Shown here piece after piece: positions 8,429 through 17,800 of a stretch of DNA of 64,000 bases (positions within the stretch are counted from its first letter, which is position 1; every line of letters starts with the position of its first letter). Origin of the DNA: Verrucomicrobiaceae bacterium (lineage in GTDB: Bacteria; Verrucomicrobiota; Verrucomicrobiia; Verrucomicrobiales; Akkermansiaceae); contig JBPOGH010000005.1 in assembly GCA_051252135.1 (NCBI GenBank), forward strand, positions 185,448 through 249,447, written 5' to 3'. The notes below the pieces were generated by a model. It worked only from the letters and a program-made list of their open reading frames with translations. It searched no databases and had not been told where the DNA came from. Made by a program: the position numbers and the translations under genes.

Positions 8429-9814
8429 ATGCCCCGCCCCTACTCCCGAGCCGTCCACTGGTTCCGCCGCGACCTCCGTCTCAGCGACAATTCCGCCCTA
8501 TTCGCCGCCTCCCGGCAGTCTGACAGCCTCATTCCCGCCTATATCCTGAGCGACTGGAAAGGCCACCACCTCTGGACCGGCCCCAAAAGACAACAATTCC
8601 TCTGCGAATCCCTCGAATCCCTCGCGAAAAATATCGAGCACCTCGGCGGACACCTCATCATCAGGCAAGGCGACCCACTCGCCGAACTCGAAACACTTCT
8701 TAAGGAATCAAACGCCGACGCCCTTTTCTTCAATCGCGACGTCGACCCCTTCGGCAAAGCCATCGAGGAAAAAGTCACCACCCTCTGCCAAAATCTCGGC
8801 ATCGCCTGTCACCCCCATCAGGACGCCACCCTCCACAGTCCGGAAGAAATCCTCAAGGGCGATGGCACCCCATACCGCGTCTACACCCCCTTCTCCAAAC
8901 CCTGGCTCGCCGCCGAAAAACCAAAACCTGTCGGGAAACCCTCGCAATTCAACACCCCTCCCGACCTCTCATCCCTCCCCCTCCCCTCCCTCAGCACCTG
9001 GAATCTCGAGTCCGATGGGGACCAAATCCTCCCCGGCGGTGAAAAAGCCGCCCGACTCCGCATGAAGGACGCCCTCAAACGGGTCCCCTCCTACGAAAAA
9101 AACCGCGACATCCCATCCGTCCCCGGCACCAGCCGCCTCTCCCAGGACCTCCGCTGGGGCACTCTCTCCATCCGCGAACTTTACCAAAAGGCACAGGAAT
9201 GCGGCTCGCTTCAATACCTTAAGGAACTCGCCTGGCGCGAATTCTACTTCGCCATCCTCCACCACTTCCCCGAAGTCCTCGAACTGGAATTCAACCCCGT
9301 CTGGCGCGGCCTCCCGTGGGATGAACCCGGTGAACAATTCGAAGCCTGGAAAACAGGAAACACCGGATTCCCCATCATCGACGCCGGAATCCGCGAACTC
9401 CTCGCCACCGGATTCATGCACAACCGCGTTCGCATGATCGTCGCCATGTTTCTCACCAAAGACCTCCACATCGACTGGCGTCTTGGCGAGCAATTCTTCA
9501 TGCAACACCTCCTCGATGGCGAGATCGCCTCAAACAACGGAGGCTGGCAATGGAGCGCCGGAACCGGAGCGGACGCCGCCCCCTACTTCCGTATCCAAAA
9601 TCCCTGGTCCCAAACCAAACGCTTCGACCCCAAGGGCGACTACATCCGCAAATGGGTCCCCGAACTCGAAAAAGTCCCTGCCAAGGCCCTCATCGCCCCA
9701 CCCGAAAACGGTCAACCCATCGCCCCGGACTACGTCTCGCCCATCCTCGATCACAGCCGCGAGCGCCTCGCCACTCTTGCCACCTTCAAGAAGCACCGCG
9801 CACAACAATCCTAA
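8429..9814 (+). CDS. phrB: Deoxyribodipyrimidine photolyase (cryptochrome/photolyase family)
   Basis: WFRRDLRLSDN, TSRLS, ELAWREF, TGFPIIDAG, MHNRVRM, SNNGGWQW; start taken at ATG 8429. Confidence 0.93.
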   Translation: MPRPYSRAVHWFRRDLRLSDNSALFAASRQSDSLIPAYILSDWKGHHLWTGPKRQQFLCESLESLAKNIEHLGGHLIIRQGDPLAELETLLKESNADALFFNRDVDPFGKAIEEKVTTLCQNLGIACHPHQDATLHSPEEILKGDGTPYRVYTPFSKPWLAAEKPKPVGKPSQFNTPPDLSSLPLPSLSTWNLESDGDQILPGGEKAARLRMKDALKRVPSYEKNRDIPSVPGTSRLSQDLRWGTLSIRELYQKAQECGSLQYLKELAWREFYFAILHHFPEVLELEFNPVWRGLPWDEPGEQFEAWKTGNTGFPIIDAGIRELLATGFMHNRVRMIVAMFLTKDLHIDWRLGEQFFMQHLLDGEIASNNGGWQWSAGTGADAAPYFRIQNPWSQTKRFDPKGDYIRKWVPELEKVPAKALIAPPENGQPIAPDYVSPILDHSRERLATLATFKKHRAQQS

Positions 9815-9816
9815 AG

Positions 9817-10875
9817 CTATTCGCGCACCGGCTCGACTTCCTTCTCCTGAGCCGCTTCTTCTTCGAGCACCGCTTCCGCCTGCTCCATCAACTTCGGAAT
9901 TTCTTCCAAAAGATTCTCAACCGGGAGCGCATAGTTTTCCACCCGGTTCGCATAAGCGATATTCATCCCCACACATTGCCCTTCAAGAGTCAGCAAGGGC
10001 CCTCCCACCGTCCGCTTGCTCAACACGATTTCGTGCTGGATCGCCATCGGAAATCCCGTCCGCCGCCGCGAAAGCTGGGTGTCCCCTCCGCTCATCTGAT
10101 CATTACGACTCTGCGATCCCCCGTAAAGTTCATGGCGTGCCATCAACTCAACCTCGAACTTCAACACCTCTTCCCCCCGCTTGATTTCAAGAGGCAAAAA
10201 ATCCCCGGCAGACTTCGCCTTGATCACCTCGATCAACTCATCGTGTTTCGCGATCGGCTTTCCATCCGCCACCAAAATCACATCGCCCTTCTTCAGGCCC
10301 GCTTTCTCCGCGCCTGACTTCTCACTCACCATCGAGACCACCACCCCTTCGTCGGAATCCTTCAACGCAACCCCCAGCACCGCCGGAGTTCCTCCGGGAA
10401 TCTCCCGCTTGTTGGCACTGATAATCCCTACTCTGGGCCGACGATATTTCCGCTGCGTCGCTCCATTGCACACCACCCACGTGCCATGGGGCAGATCACT
10501 TGATGAAGCCCATGGCACCGGCGTAAGCCCCGTCGCATCCACCTTCACCAATGCCAGGTCCCAGGTCTCATCCACCGCCAGAATCCGGGGATCGCGATAA
10601 AGCGAGGAATCGATCCGCACCGTGAACTTGCTCCCTTCATTGAGCTCGCTCGCCTTCGTCAAAATATAACCGTCCTCACTGATCACCGTCCCATAGACAA
10701 AGTTCAGCCGCGTCATTTCATCATAAAACACCGCACTACTCTTCTGAAGCACCACCCGCACCGGCTCCACCGCATTCTGCACCAACTTGCTATTCTTCCG
10801 TTGCTCGGCAGGCAGGGAATTGGCCAAAAGGGAATCCGCCAGTAAAAGCGGTAAGATCATCAGGTAGCGGATCAT
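9817..10875 (-). CDS. Secreted trypsin-like/PDZ protein with degenerate catalytic motifs (pseudo-protease)
   Basis: Signal peptide; GTVISEDGYILTKASEL (no His), DLALVKV, internal PDZ (LGV..SGAEKAGLKKGDVI), RTVGGPL (no Ser). Confidence 0.75.
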   Translation of the reverse strand: MIRYLMILPLLLADSLLANSLPAEQRKNSKLVQNAVEPVRVVLQKSSAVFYDEMTRLNFVYGTVISEDGYILTKASELNEGSKFTVRIDSSLYRDPRILAVDETWDLALVKVDATGLTPVPWASSSDLPHGTWVVCNGATQRKYRRPRVGIISANKREIPGGTPAVLGVALKDSDEGVVVSMVSEKSGAEKAGLKKGDVILVADGKPIAKHDELIEVIKAKSAGDFLPLEIKRGEEVLKFEVELMARHELYGGSQSRNDQMSGGDTQLSRRRTGFPMAIQHEIVLSKRTVGGPLLTLEGQCVGMNIAYANRVENYALPVENLLEEIPKLMEQAEAVLEEEAAQEKEVEPVRE

Positions 10876-11837
10876 GGTCGTTCTGCGAGTTTAACTTTGG
10901 ATTCGGTGACTTCCTCTCCTCGCTTCCACCGAAATGATACGGACTCACCCGAGCCCCTTTTTTCAAGAGCTTCATACAGGGCCTCTTCGCTTCCCAATTC
11001 CACCCCGTCAAATTCCTCCAACAAATCCCCCTCCTTCAGCCCCGCCTCCGCTGCGACACTCTCCGGAAACACCTCGGTCACCCGAAGCCCCCCTTCCGCA
11101 CTCTCCACCTTCACCCCGAAAAATCCGCTCCCCGGCTCCCCCTTTTGCGCAAAGGCACCCTCCCCCACAAACTCGCTATTAAGCATCTCATCCCATTTCC
11201 GCTGAAACTCACGCAGCGGCACATGCATGCTCTCCTCCTTTGACGCACCCACCCGACTGTGAATCGCAATCAGATTCCCCTCGATATCAAAAAGCGGTCC
11301 TCCCGAATCCCCCCCAATCAACACACAATCGGACTGCACCGTCGAGTCCGCCTGCCGCACAATCCGGCCCACCCGCACATTCACCCCCCGCGCCTCATCG
11401 AATCCCCCGGAATGCCCCAGCGCAAAAACCCAATCGCCCAACTTAAAGGAATCCTCCCTATCCACCTCAACATAGGGAAACGGCCCCGGATCGGTAATCT
11501 GAAGCATCGCCGCATCCGTTTCGGAATTCAGCCCAAGCGAAACCCCCTTCAACTTCCGCCCATCCTCCAGCACCACCGTAATATCATTATCAACCCCGCC
11601 CGACACGTGCGCCGCCGTCAAAACAAGACCGTCTTCGGAAATAATCACCCCGCTTCCCGATCCCTCCCCGATTTCCAGACACACCGTCGCCGCCCGCGTC
11701 TTCGCCAGATTCGCCTGCAGACTCTTTTGAATATTCGCCAGATCCTCCAAAGACTCCGGAGCCTTCTGATCGTTAAAGTAAGGACGGCCTTCCAGTCCCC
11801 CGGCAAAAATCACTGCCGCAAATATCCACTTCGTCAT
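10872..11837 (-). CDS. HtrA/S1C-like serine protease with PDZ
   Basis: GSGVIISEDGLVLTAAHV, DAAML, GGDSGGPL, C-terminal PDZ; start at 11837, supported by TTGCCA-17-TATTTT-7-ATG. Confidence 0.92.
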   Translation of the reverse strand: MTKWIFAAVIFAGGLEGRPYFNDQKAPESLEDLANIQKSLQANLAKTRAATVCLEIGEGSGSGVIISEDGLVLTAAHVSGGVDNDITVVLEDGRKLKGVSLGLNSETDAAMLQITDPGPFPYVEVDREDSFKLGDWVFALGHSGGFDEARGVNVRVGRIVRQADSTVQSDCVLIGGDSGGPLFDIEGNLIAIHSRVGASKEESMHVPLREFQRKWDEMLNSEFVGEGAFAQKGEPGSGFFGVKVESAEGGLRVTEVFPESVAAEAGLKEGDLLEEFDGVELGSEEALYEALEKRGSGESVSFRWKRGEEVTESKVKLAERP

Positions 11838-12046
11838 CGGCCACAAAATACGCCCGAACTCCCCCGATGGCAATGGACAAACACAGTTCCTGCCCAAGGT
11901 ACAAAAAGAAGCCCGACCGACGCTCGACAGGAAAACCCCCTTACCTGTACAGGATGAACAGCCAGCCGGACTTCAAAACCTTTCGAAATCTCGTGGCACG
12001 AAGCAACCCACTGGAACTCAGGTTGACAAGCGCAAAAACGCAAACT

Positions 12047-13084
12047 TCACATCCGCTGGAGATAATCGGGCACCTCATCCCTCTGAAGCGATGGCGGCAA
12101 AGTCGGACTACTGTAAGTAATCAGAGCTCCCACACCCGCCGCATGGGGCGCTTCCAGCAATGGACTGCCCTCGGACTCCGGAAACACATAAACTCGTTTT
12201 CGATCTGCTAACCATTTCCCCAAAAATCCCAACCCTGCCGCACTCATCAGAAATGCCAATCCGCCAACCGCCAGCTGAAATTCCCTCTTTGCCAACAACG
12301 CCGAAATCCCCTCAGGGGACTTCTCCTCCCCCTCCAGGTCACTCGTAATCGGATGCACCACCCCGGGCTCCTCTTCGGAAAATTCAGCCAACCCCTTCTC
12401 CATCCAATACAGCCGAATCGACAGCTGCACCGAAAAACTCTCAATCTGCGCAACCGCCTCCGAACGATCCAATGCCTCCTCCACCGATCGAATCAAGGCA
12501 TTCCGTCGATCCTCCGAGCTCGTGGCCCTGACTACTTCCGGAGAATACGCAATCATCGTCCTCTCCGGCATCCCGAGAAAATAAAACACAACCGCCGAAG
12601 GGGATTTCCCCTTCATTTGCGTCGCCATCACCTTCTCCACACTCTCCCCCTCCGGCAACTCCTGCTTCGCATCAAACAGGTAAAAATAAATATCCAACTT
12701 CGAGTCCTTCGCATGGTAGGACAAAAAACCCTGACGATCCCGGCTCTCCTGCGGAGTCAGCAAATTCTGGGGATCAATCAAATACCCCTCCGGCGCCTGA
12801 TTGAAATAAGGATCGAAAAACTCCTCCGCGATCGTCGTCGGCCACTCCTCCTCAATCTCCTCCGGCTCCGGAATATCCATCAGCTCCGGATCCAGCTCAA
12901 TCGACCCTCCCCCCTCCGCAAAAAGCCGCTCCAACGCCAGGCTCCCCAAAAGAGATGACCCGGGAATCACCTCCCCGTTCTGGACCGCTTCCAGATCCTT
13001 CTCCTCCCACTGAGGCAACTCAATCGTCTGGGAAAACAACGGAATCCCCCAAAATATCACCACCCCGGCCAGAAATCTCCTCAT
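12047..13084 (-). CDS. Membrane-anchored hypothetical protein, TPM-like periplasmic domain
   Basis: Signal peptide, YLIDPQNLLT motif, single TM helix near the C-terminus; overlaps the upstream gene by 4 nt. Confidence 0.6.
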   Translation of the reverse strand: MRRFLAGVVIFWGIPLFSQTIELPQWEEKDLEAVQNGEVIPGSSLLGSLALERLFAEGGGSIELDPELMDIPEPEEIEEEWPTTIAEEFFDPYFNQAPEGYLIDPQNLLTPQESRDRQGFLSYHAKDSKLDIYFYLFDAKQELPEGESVEKVMATQMKGKSPSAVVFYFLGMPERTMIAYSPEVVRATSSEDRRNALIRSVEEALDRSEAVAQIESFSVQLSIRLYWMEKGLAEFSEEEPGVVHPITSDLEGEEKSPEGISALLAKREFQLAVGGLAFLMSAAGLGFLGKWLADRKRVYVFPESEGSPLLEAPHAAGVGALITYSSPTLPPSLQRDEVPDYLQRM

Positions 13085-13740
13085 AATTCCTGCTCCACCT
13101 TGGGTTCAACTTCCACCTCCTGATTCCCCTCCCTGATTCTCTGCAAAATATGATCAACCCGTTTCGGCGCCTGCCCGCTTGCCGCCAGGAGCGATTCCGG
13201 ATCACGCTTCACCCGCCGCCAACCCTTCTTCAAACTGCCCTCGATCCGTTGAACAATCACCTTAAAGGACTTCAGATACTCCCCCTGCAGCAAAAACGGA
13301 TGCGCTGCAGAAAGCGCCTCAAACGTATTCTCCTCATCCAAATACGGCATGAGAGCATATCCAAAGGTCAGTGATGCCGTTTTCCCGTTCACATCCACCA
13401 CCAACAAAATCCCATTCTCATTCGGACGATCAACCCCCACATCCGTATAGGCCGACCGATTGAGAAGCCAAAATCCAAACTGCCTCAAACTCGGAATCTC
13501 ATCAAAAGCCCCCACATAAATCGACACAAACAACTGCGGAAATCGATGCTCAAATCCCTGCAACACCTTCCGGATCGCCTCCCGCTCCTTCATCCGCAAG
13601 ACCCCCGCCGCATCGGAAAGCTTCTGCAGCGACACATCATCGTTCCCAAACAGATCATCCACATCAACCATCGAGAAGCCACAATGCGGGCACGAAGTGG
13701 CCGCGCGATGGATTCGCTGGACACAACGGGGACACTTCAT
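13081..13740 (-). CDS. Zinc-ribbon plus TPM-domain protein
   Basis: N-terminal CPRC...CPHC; DAAGVL, NGILLVVD, TFGYAL motifs typical of TPM. Confidence 0.7.
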   Translation of the reverse strand: MKCPRCVQRIHRAATSCPHCGFSMVDVDDLFGNDDVSLQKLSDAAGVLRMKEREAIRKVLQGFEHRFPQLFVSIYVGAFDEIPSLRQFGFWLLNRSAYTDVGVDRPNENGILLVVDVNGKTASLTFGYALMPYLDEENTFEALSAAHPFLLQGEYLKSFKVIVQRIEGSLKKGWRRVKRDPESLLAASGQAPKRVDHILQRIREGNQEVEVEPKVEQEL

Positions 13741-13917
13741 GGAGATATTAAATAGAACTTAAGCACCAGGGTCAAAACCCTTTGTCATGAGGTTTTGCCC
13801 AACGCAATCCAGCCCCACAATCTTCCACCATCCCGCCATCCTGCAAGAAAAGGTGAAAAAATCCTTGGCAAACAGACCGTTATCTACCAGCTTCCGCGCC
13901 CCACCGCCTTATTATTT

Positions 13918-14160
13918 ATGGTAACACTTCGTCTTTCCCGCAAAGGTTCTAAGGACCGCCCCTACTACAAGATCGTAGCCGTCGACAGCCGCAAGCGCCG
14001 TGATGGACGTTATATCGAGCAAATCGGAACCTATGATCCCATGATCGAAGGTGAAAACTACAAGCTCGATCTCGAAATGGCCGACAAATGGCTCGGAGTC
14101 GGCGCCAAGCCCTCCCCCACCGTCGCCAGCATCATCAAAAAGGTGCGCAAGGCAGGCTAA
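13918..14160 (+). CDS. rpsP: 30S ribosomal protein S16
   Basis: [41 protein letters not shown] at 13918. Confidence 0.97.
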   Translation: MVTLRLSRKGSKDRPYYKIVAVDSRKRRDGRYIEQIGTYDPMIEGENYKLDLEMADKWLGVGAKPSPTVASIIKKVRKAG

Positions 14161-14182
14161 TTTCAGCCTCCAAAAGAATTTC

Positions 14183-14214
14183 AACCCGCGGTGTCTCGTA
14201 CACCCGGGTTTTTT
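14183..14214 (+). terminator. Rho-independent terminator after rpsP
   Basis: CCCG-C-GGTGT..ACACC-CGGG stem followed by TTTTTT. Confidence 0.8.
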
Positions 14215-14228
14215 ATTGCCCGCATGAC

Positions 14229-14256
14229 TTGACCCGACCGCTCTCTTTGATAGCTT
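14229..14256 (+). promoter_or_regulatory. Promoter of tRNA-Ser
   Basis: TTGACC-16nt-TAGCTT, 11 nt before the tRNA. Confidence 0.55.
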
Positions 14257-14267
14257 CCCGCCCGTCC

Positions 14268-14359
14268 GGAGGGATGGCTGAGCTTGGTTTAAGGCGCTCG
14301 ATTCGAAATCGAGTGATGCAGTGATGTATCCGTGGGTTCGAATCCCACTTCCTCCGCCA
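14268..14359 (+). tRNA. tRNA-Ser (anticodon CGA)
   Basis: Acceptor GGAGGGA/TTCCTCC-G-CCA, anticodon arm CTCGA-TTCGAAA-TCGAG, long variable arm, GGTTCGAATCC T arm, encoded CCA. Confidence 0.96.
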
Positions 14360-14396
14360 TAAGCTCCCCCCGGCTTGCCCGGGGGGAGCTTATGGC
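14356..14396. repeat. Perfect 18-bp inverted repeat overlapping the tRNA 3' end
   Basis: GCCATAAGCTCCCCCCGG-CTTGC-CCGGGGGGAGCTTATGGC. Confidence 0.9.
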
Positions 14397-14402
14397 GTAC
14401 GC

Positions 14403-14793
14403 AGTGGAAATGAGAACCAAGGGGAGCCTCAGCGACCCTGTTCGAGCGCTCCTATCAGCGAACGCAGTGAGCTGATAAAATCCCCCCCAGGCCAAAGGCC
14501 TCAAATCAGCACAGACTGAGCGAAGCGAAGTCAATCCCACTTCCTCCGCAAGTGGAGATGAGAACCAAGGGGAGCCCAAGCCACCCCATTCAAGCACTCC
14601 AAATCCCCCCCGGCCGAAAAACCCCAAATCAGCACAGACAGACATCAGCAAAGTCAATCCCACTTCCTCCACAAGCCGGGGATGAAAACCACAAGGAGCC
14701 CAAGCCACCCCATTCAAGCACTCCCAAATCCCCCCGGCCCAAAACCTCAAATCAGCACAAACAGACCTCAGCGAAGTCAATCCCACTTCCTCC
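14403..14793 (+). repeat. tRNA-linked tandem repeat: three units, each ending in a copy of the tRNA-Ser 3' end
   Basis: AATCCCACTTCCTCC at 14341 (tRNA), 14533, 14656 and 14779; units share GATGAGAACC..GGAGCC, AAATCCCCCC and AAATCAGCACA. Confidence 0.9.
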
Positions 14794-14868
14794 CTTTCAG
14801 AAAATGTAACTACATTGTCTCTCCAGCTTGTAATCTCATCCCTAATGACTAGGTTTGAGAGACACACG

Positions 14869-17800
14869 ATGACGAAACTTCTCTCACTCCTTGCGCTGAT
14901 TCCCGGAATCCTCTGCGCCAATTCAACCGACTCCCTGGTCTCTTACTGGGCCCTCGAAGACAACCTCAACGACACCGCCGCCGCTGGCTCCAGCACCGAC
15001 AACGGCTCCTGGATCGGCGCAGCCGACTACGATCCCGGTAAATTCGGCCAAGCCATCGAAGCAAAAGGAAACACCTACGTCTCCGTCCCCGATAGCGCCG
15101 ACCTCCGTGGCAGCTCCAGCACCATCAGCATCTCTACTTGGTTCCGCGTCGTCACCTTCGACACCAACTGGCAGGCCCTGATCGCCAAAGGCGAGAACTC
15201 CAATTGGCGACTCGCACGCCGCGGCAGCACTTCCGAAATGGCCTACGCCGGTGGCTCGGGAGATATCAGTGGTGGCAGCGTTAACGACGGCGCATGGCAC
15301 CACATTCTCGGAGTCTCGGAAGCCGGTATCGAAACCCGCCTGTACATCGATGGCGTCCTCATCGAAACCGGCAGCGCGCCCAATATCAACGACTCCGGCA
15401 GCGAAATGTTCATCGGAAACAACCCCGGGAGCCCGGGGCGCGGATGGAAGGGCCTCATCGACGACGTCGGAATCTTCAACTCCGCCCTCAACGATCACCA
15501 GGCTGCTGCCATCTACGAACTCGGAAACAACTCCACCTACCTCTACTCACTCGACCAAATCAACGAGCTTTTCAAATTGGGACAATGCCCCGCCGGAACC
15601 ACCGCCCTCATCAACAACCAGGGCTGGGAAGCCGTCTCCGCCGATCCCAATGACGGCAGATTCTACGTCCAACTCGCCGATACCGGCTCCGGCGTTGTCG
15701 GCTCCAATGGTCCCACCATCAACTTCTTCACCACCCCTCACACCTCCGTTCCTGCCGGCACCCCCCTCACTTTCACTTGGGATGTCGACCCCTCGGCCAC
15801 CCTCCTCATCCTCGCCCCCGGCGTCGGAAATGTCACCGGAACAACATCCTACACCTTCGATCCCGGCCCTTCAGTGGATACCGAATACAAACTCAGCGCC
15901 GTCGGCCCCACCGGCACCAACACCCGGATTGTCAACGTCACTGTCACCGATCAGCCGATCATCGAACAATTCAATGCCACCCCTCCTCTCCTCAGCGCAG
16001 GGGAAAGCACCACTCTCGAATGGCAGACCTATAACACCACTTCGGCCACACTCGACGGAACCCCGGTGGCCCTCAACGGAACCTCGGTCGTTTCCCCGTC
16101 CTCCACCACCTCCTACACCCTTGCCGTTACCAATGCCAACGGATCGACCACCAAAACCATCACCGTTCCCGTCGTCATCCCCGGAGAACCGATCATCACC
16201 GAATTTCTGGCCGGAAACAACGGAACCCTCCTCGATGAGGATGGCGATGCCAGCGACTGGATCCAACTCACCAACGAAACCACCACCACCACCACCATCA
16301 ATGGAAACTACTTCCTCACCGATGATCCTGCCGATCTCCAAAAGTGGACCATTCCCAACCAAACCATCGCTCCCGGCGCCTCGGTTCGCTATTTCGCCAC
16401 CGGAAAAATCGGCACCACCGAGCCCCACGCCAATTTCAGCCTAAAAACCGAGGGTGAATACCTGGCCCTGGTGAAAGTCGATGGCGGCATCACCACCATC
16501 CTTAGCGAGTTCAACGATTACCCGAACCAGTTTCTCGATATCTCTTACGGCATCTTCCCCGACCTCCTCACCTACGGATACTTCGCCACCCCCACTCCCA
16601 ATGGCCCTAACACCGGAGTAACCTATCTCGACTACGTCCGGGACACCTCCTTCTCCGTCAATCGTGGATTCTACACCTCCACCCAAAGTGTCGCCATCAC
16701 CTCTTCCACCACCGACGCGGAAATCTACTACACCACCGACGGCTCGGAACCCTCCGCCACCAATGGAACCCTCTACACCGCCCCCATTTCCATCGCCACC
16801 ACCACCACCCTCCGGGCCATCGGCACCAAGACCGATTTCCTCCCCACAAACATCGACACCCACACTTATATCTTCACCGCCGATGTCGTGAGCCAACCTA
16901 CCAATCCCCCGGGCTGGCCCACCGGCTCCGTCAACGGACAAATCATGGACTACGCCATGGACCCCGGTTCGGCCGTGAGCTCAAGCGAAGCGGAAATCAT
17001 CGAAGCCCTCGAAAGCATCCCCACCTGGTCCATTGTCACCGATCAGGGAAACCTCACCGATCCCGCCACCGGCATCTACGTGCGCCCCGGCAACCGGGGC
17101 ATCGCCTGGGAACGCCCCGCTTCGCTCGAAATGATCCTTCCTCCCGGCTATGTCAGCCCGGACGGACTCACCACCGGATTCCAGTCCGACCTCGGAATCC
17201 GTATTCGTGGAGGCGCCTCACGCAGCACCAGCAACCCCAAACACGCCTTCCGCATGTTCTTCCGCCGTGATTACGGAAACCGCAGCCTCAACTTCCCCCT
17301 CTTCGGACCATCCGGCACCGATCAATTCGGAGGCATCGATATCCGCACCGCACAAAACTACTCCTGGTCCTTCAAATCCCCCGGAAATGTCAATGGCAAC
17401 AACGACAACAGCAACAAAAACACCTTCATGCGCGAGGTCTTCGCCCGCGACACCCAAAGGGACCTGGGCGAAACCCACACCCGCTCACGTTACATCCACC
17501 TTTATCTCAATGGCGTCTACTGGGGCCTCTTCATGACCCAGGAACGCGCCGAAGCCGAATTCGCCGAGCAATACCTCGGAGGAAACGACAACGATTACGA
17601 CACCATCAAATCCGCCGGCTCAAGCGCAGGCTACAGCACCGAAGCCACCGATGGAAACAACGCCGATTGGATGGCCGGATACAATCTCGCCATCAATGTC
17701 TCCAAGGCCTCCGGGACGAACAACAGCGATTACTTCGCCATTCAGGGCTTCAACAGCTCCGGAATCCCCGACCCCTTGGTTCCGACCCATATCGACGTCG

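Noticed and set aside
7978..8430. 150-aa minus-strand ORF upstream of rpoA
   Set aside because: It is antisense to the AP2-like gene, has no recognisable motif and is not rpsD or rpsK.
14268..14359. tRNA-Sec (selC)
   Set aside because: The anticodon is CGA, not TCA, and the acceptor stem is the standard 7 bp.
14341..14793. CRISPR array
   Set aside because: The intervening sequences are homologous to each other and about 108 bp or longer, the repeat equals the tRNA 3' end, and no cas genes are present.
14289..14921. 210-aa minus-strand ORF with internal repeats
   Set aside because: It is an antisense translation of the tRNA and its repeat array.
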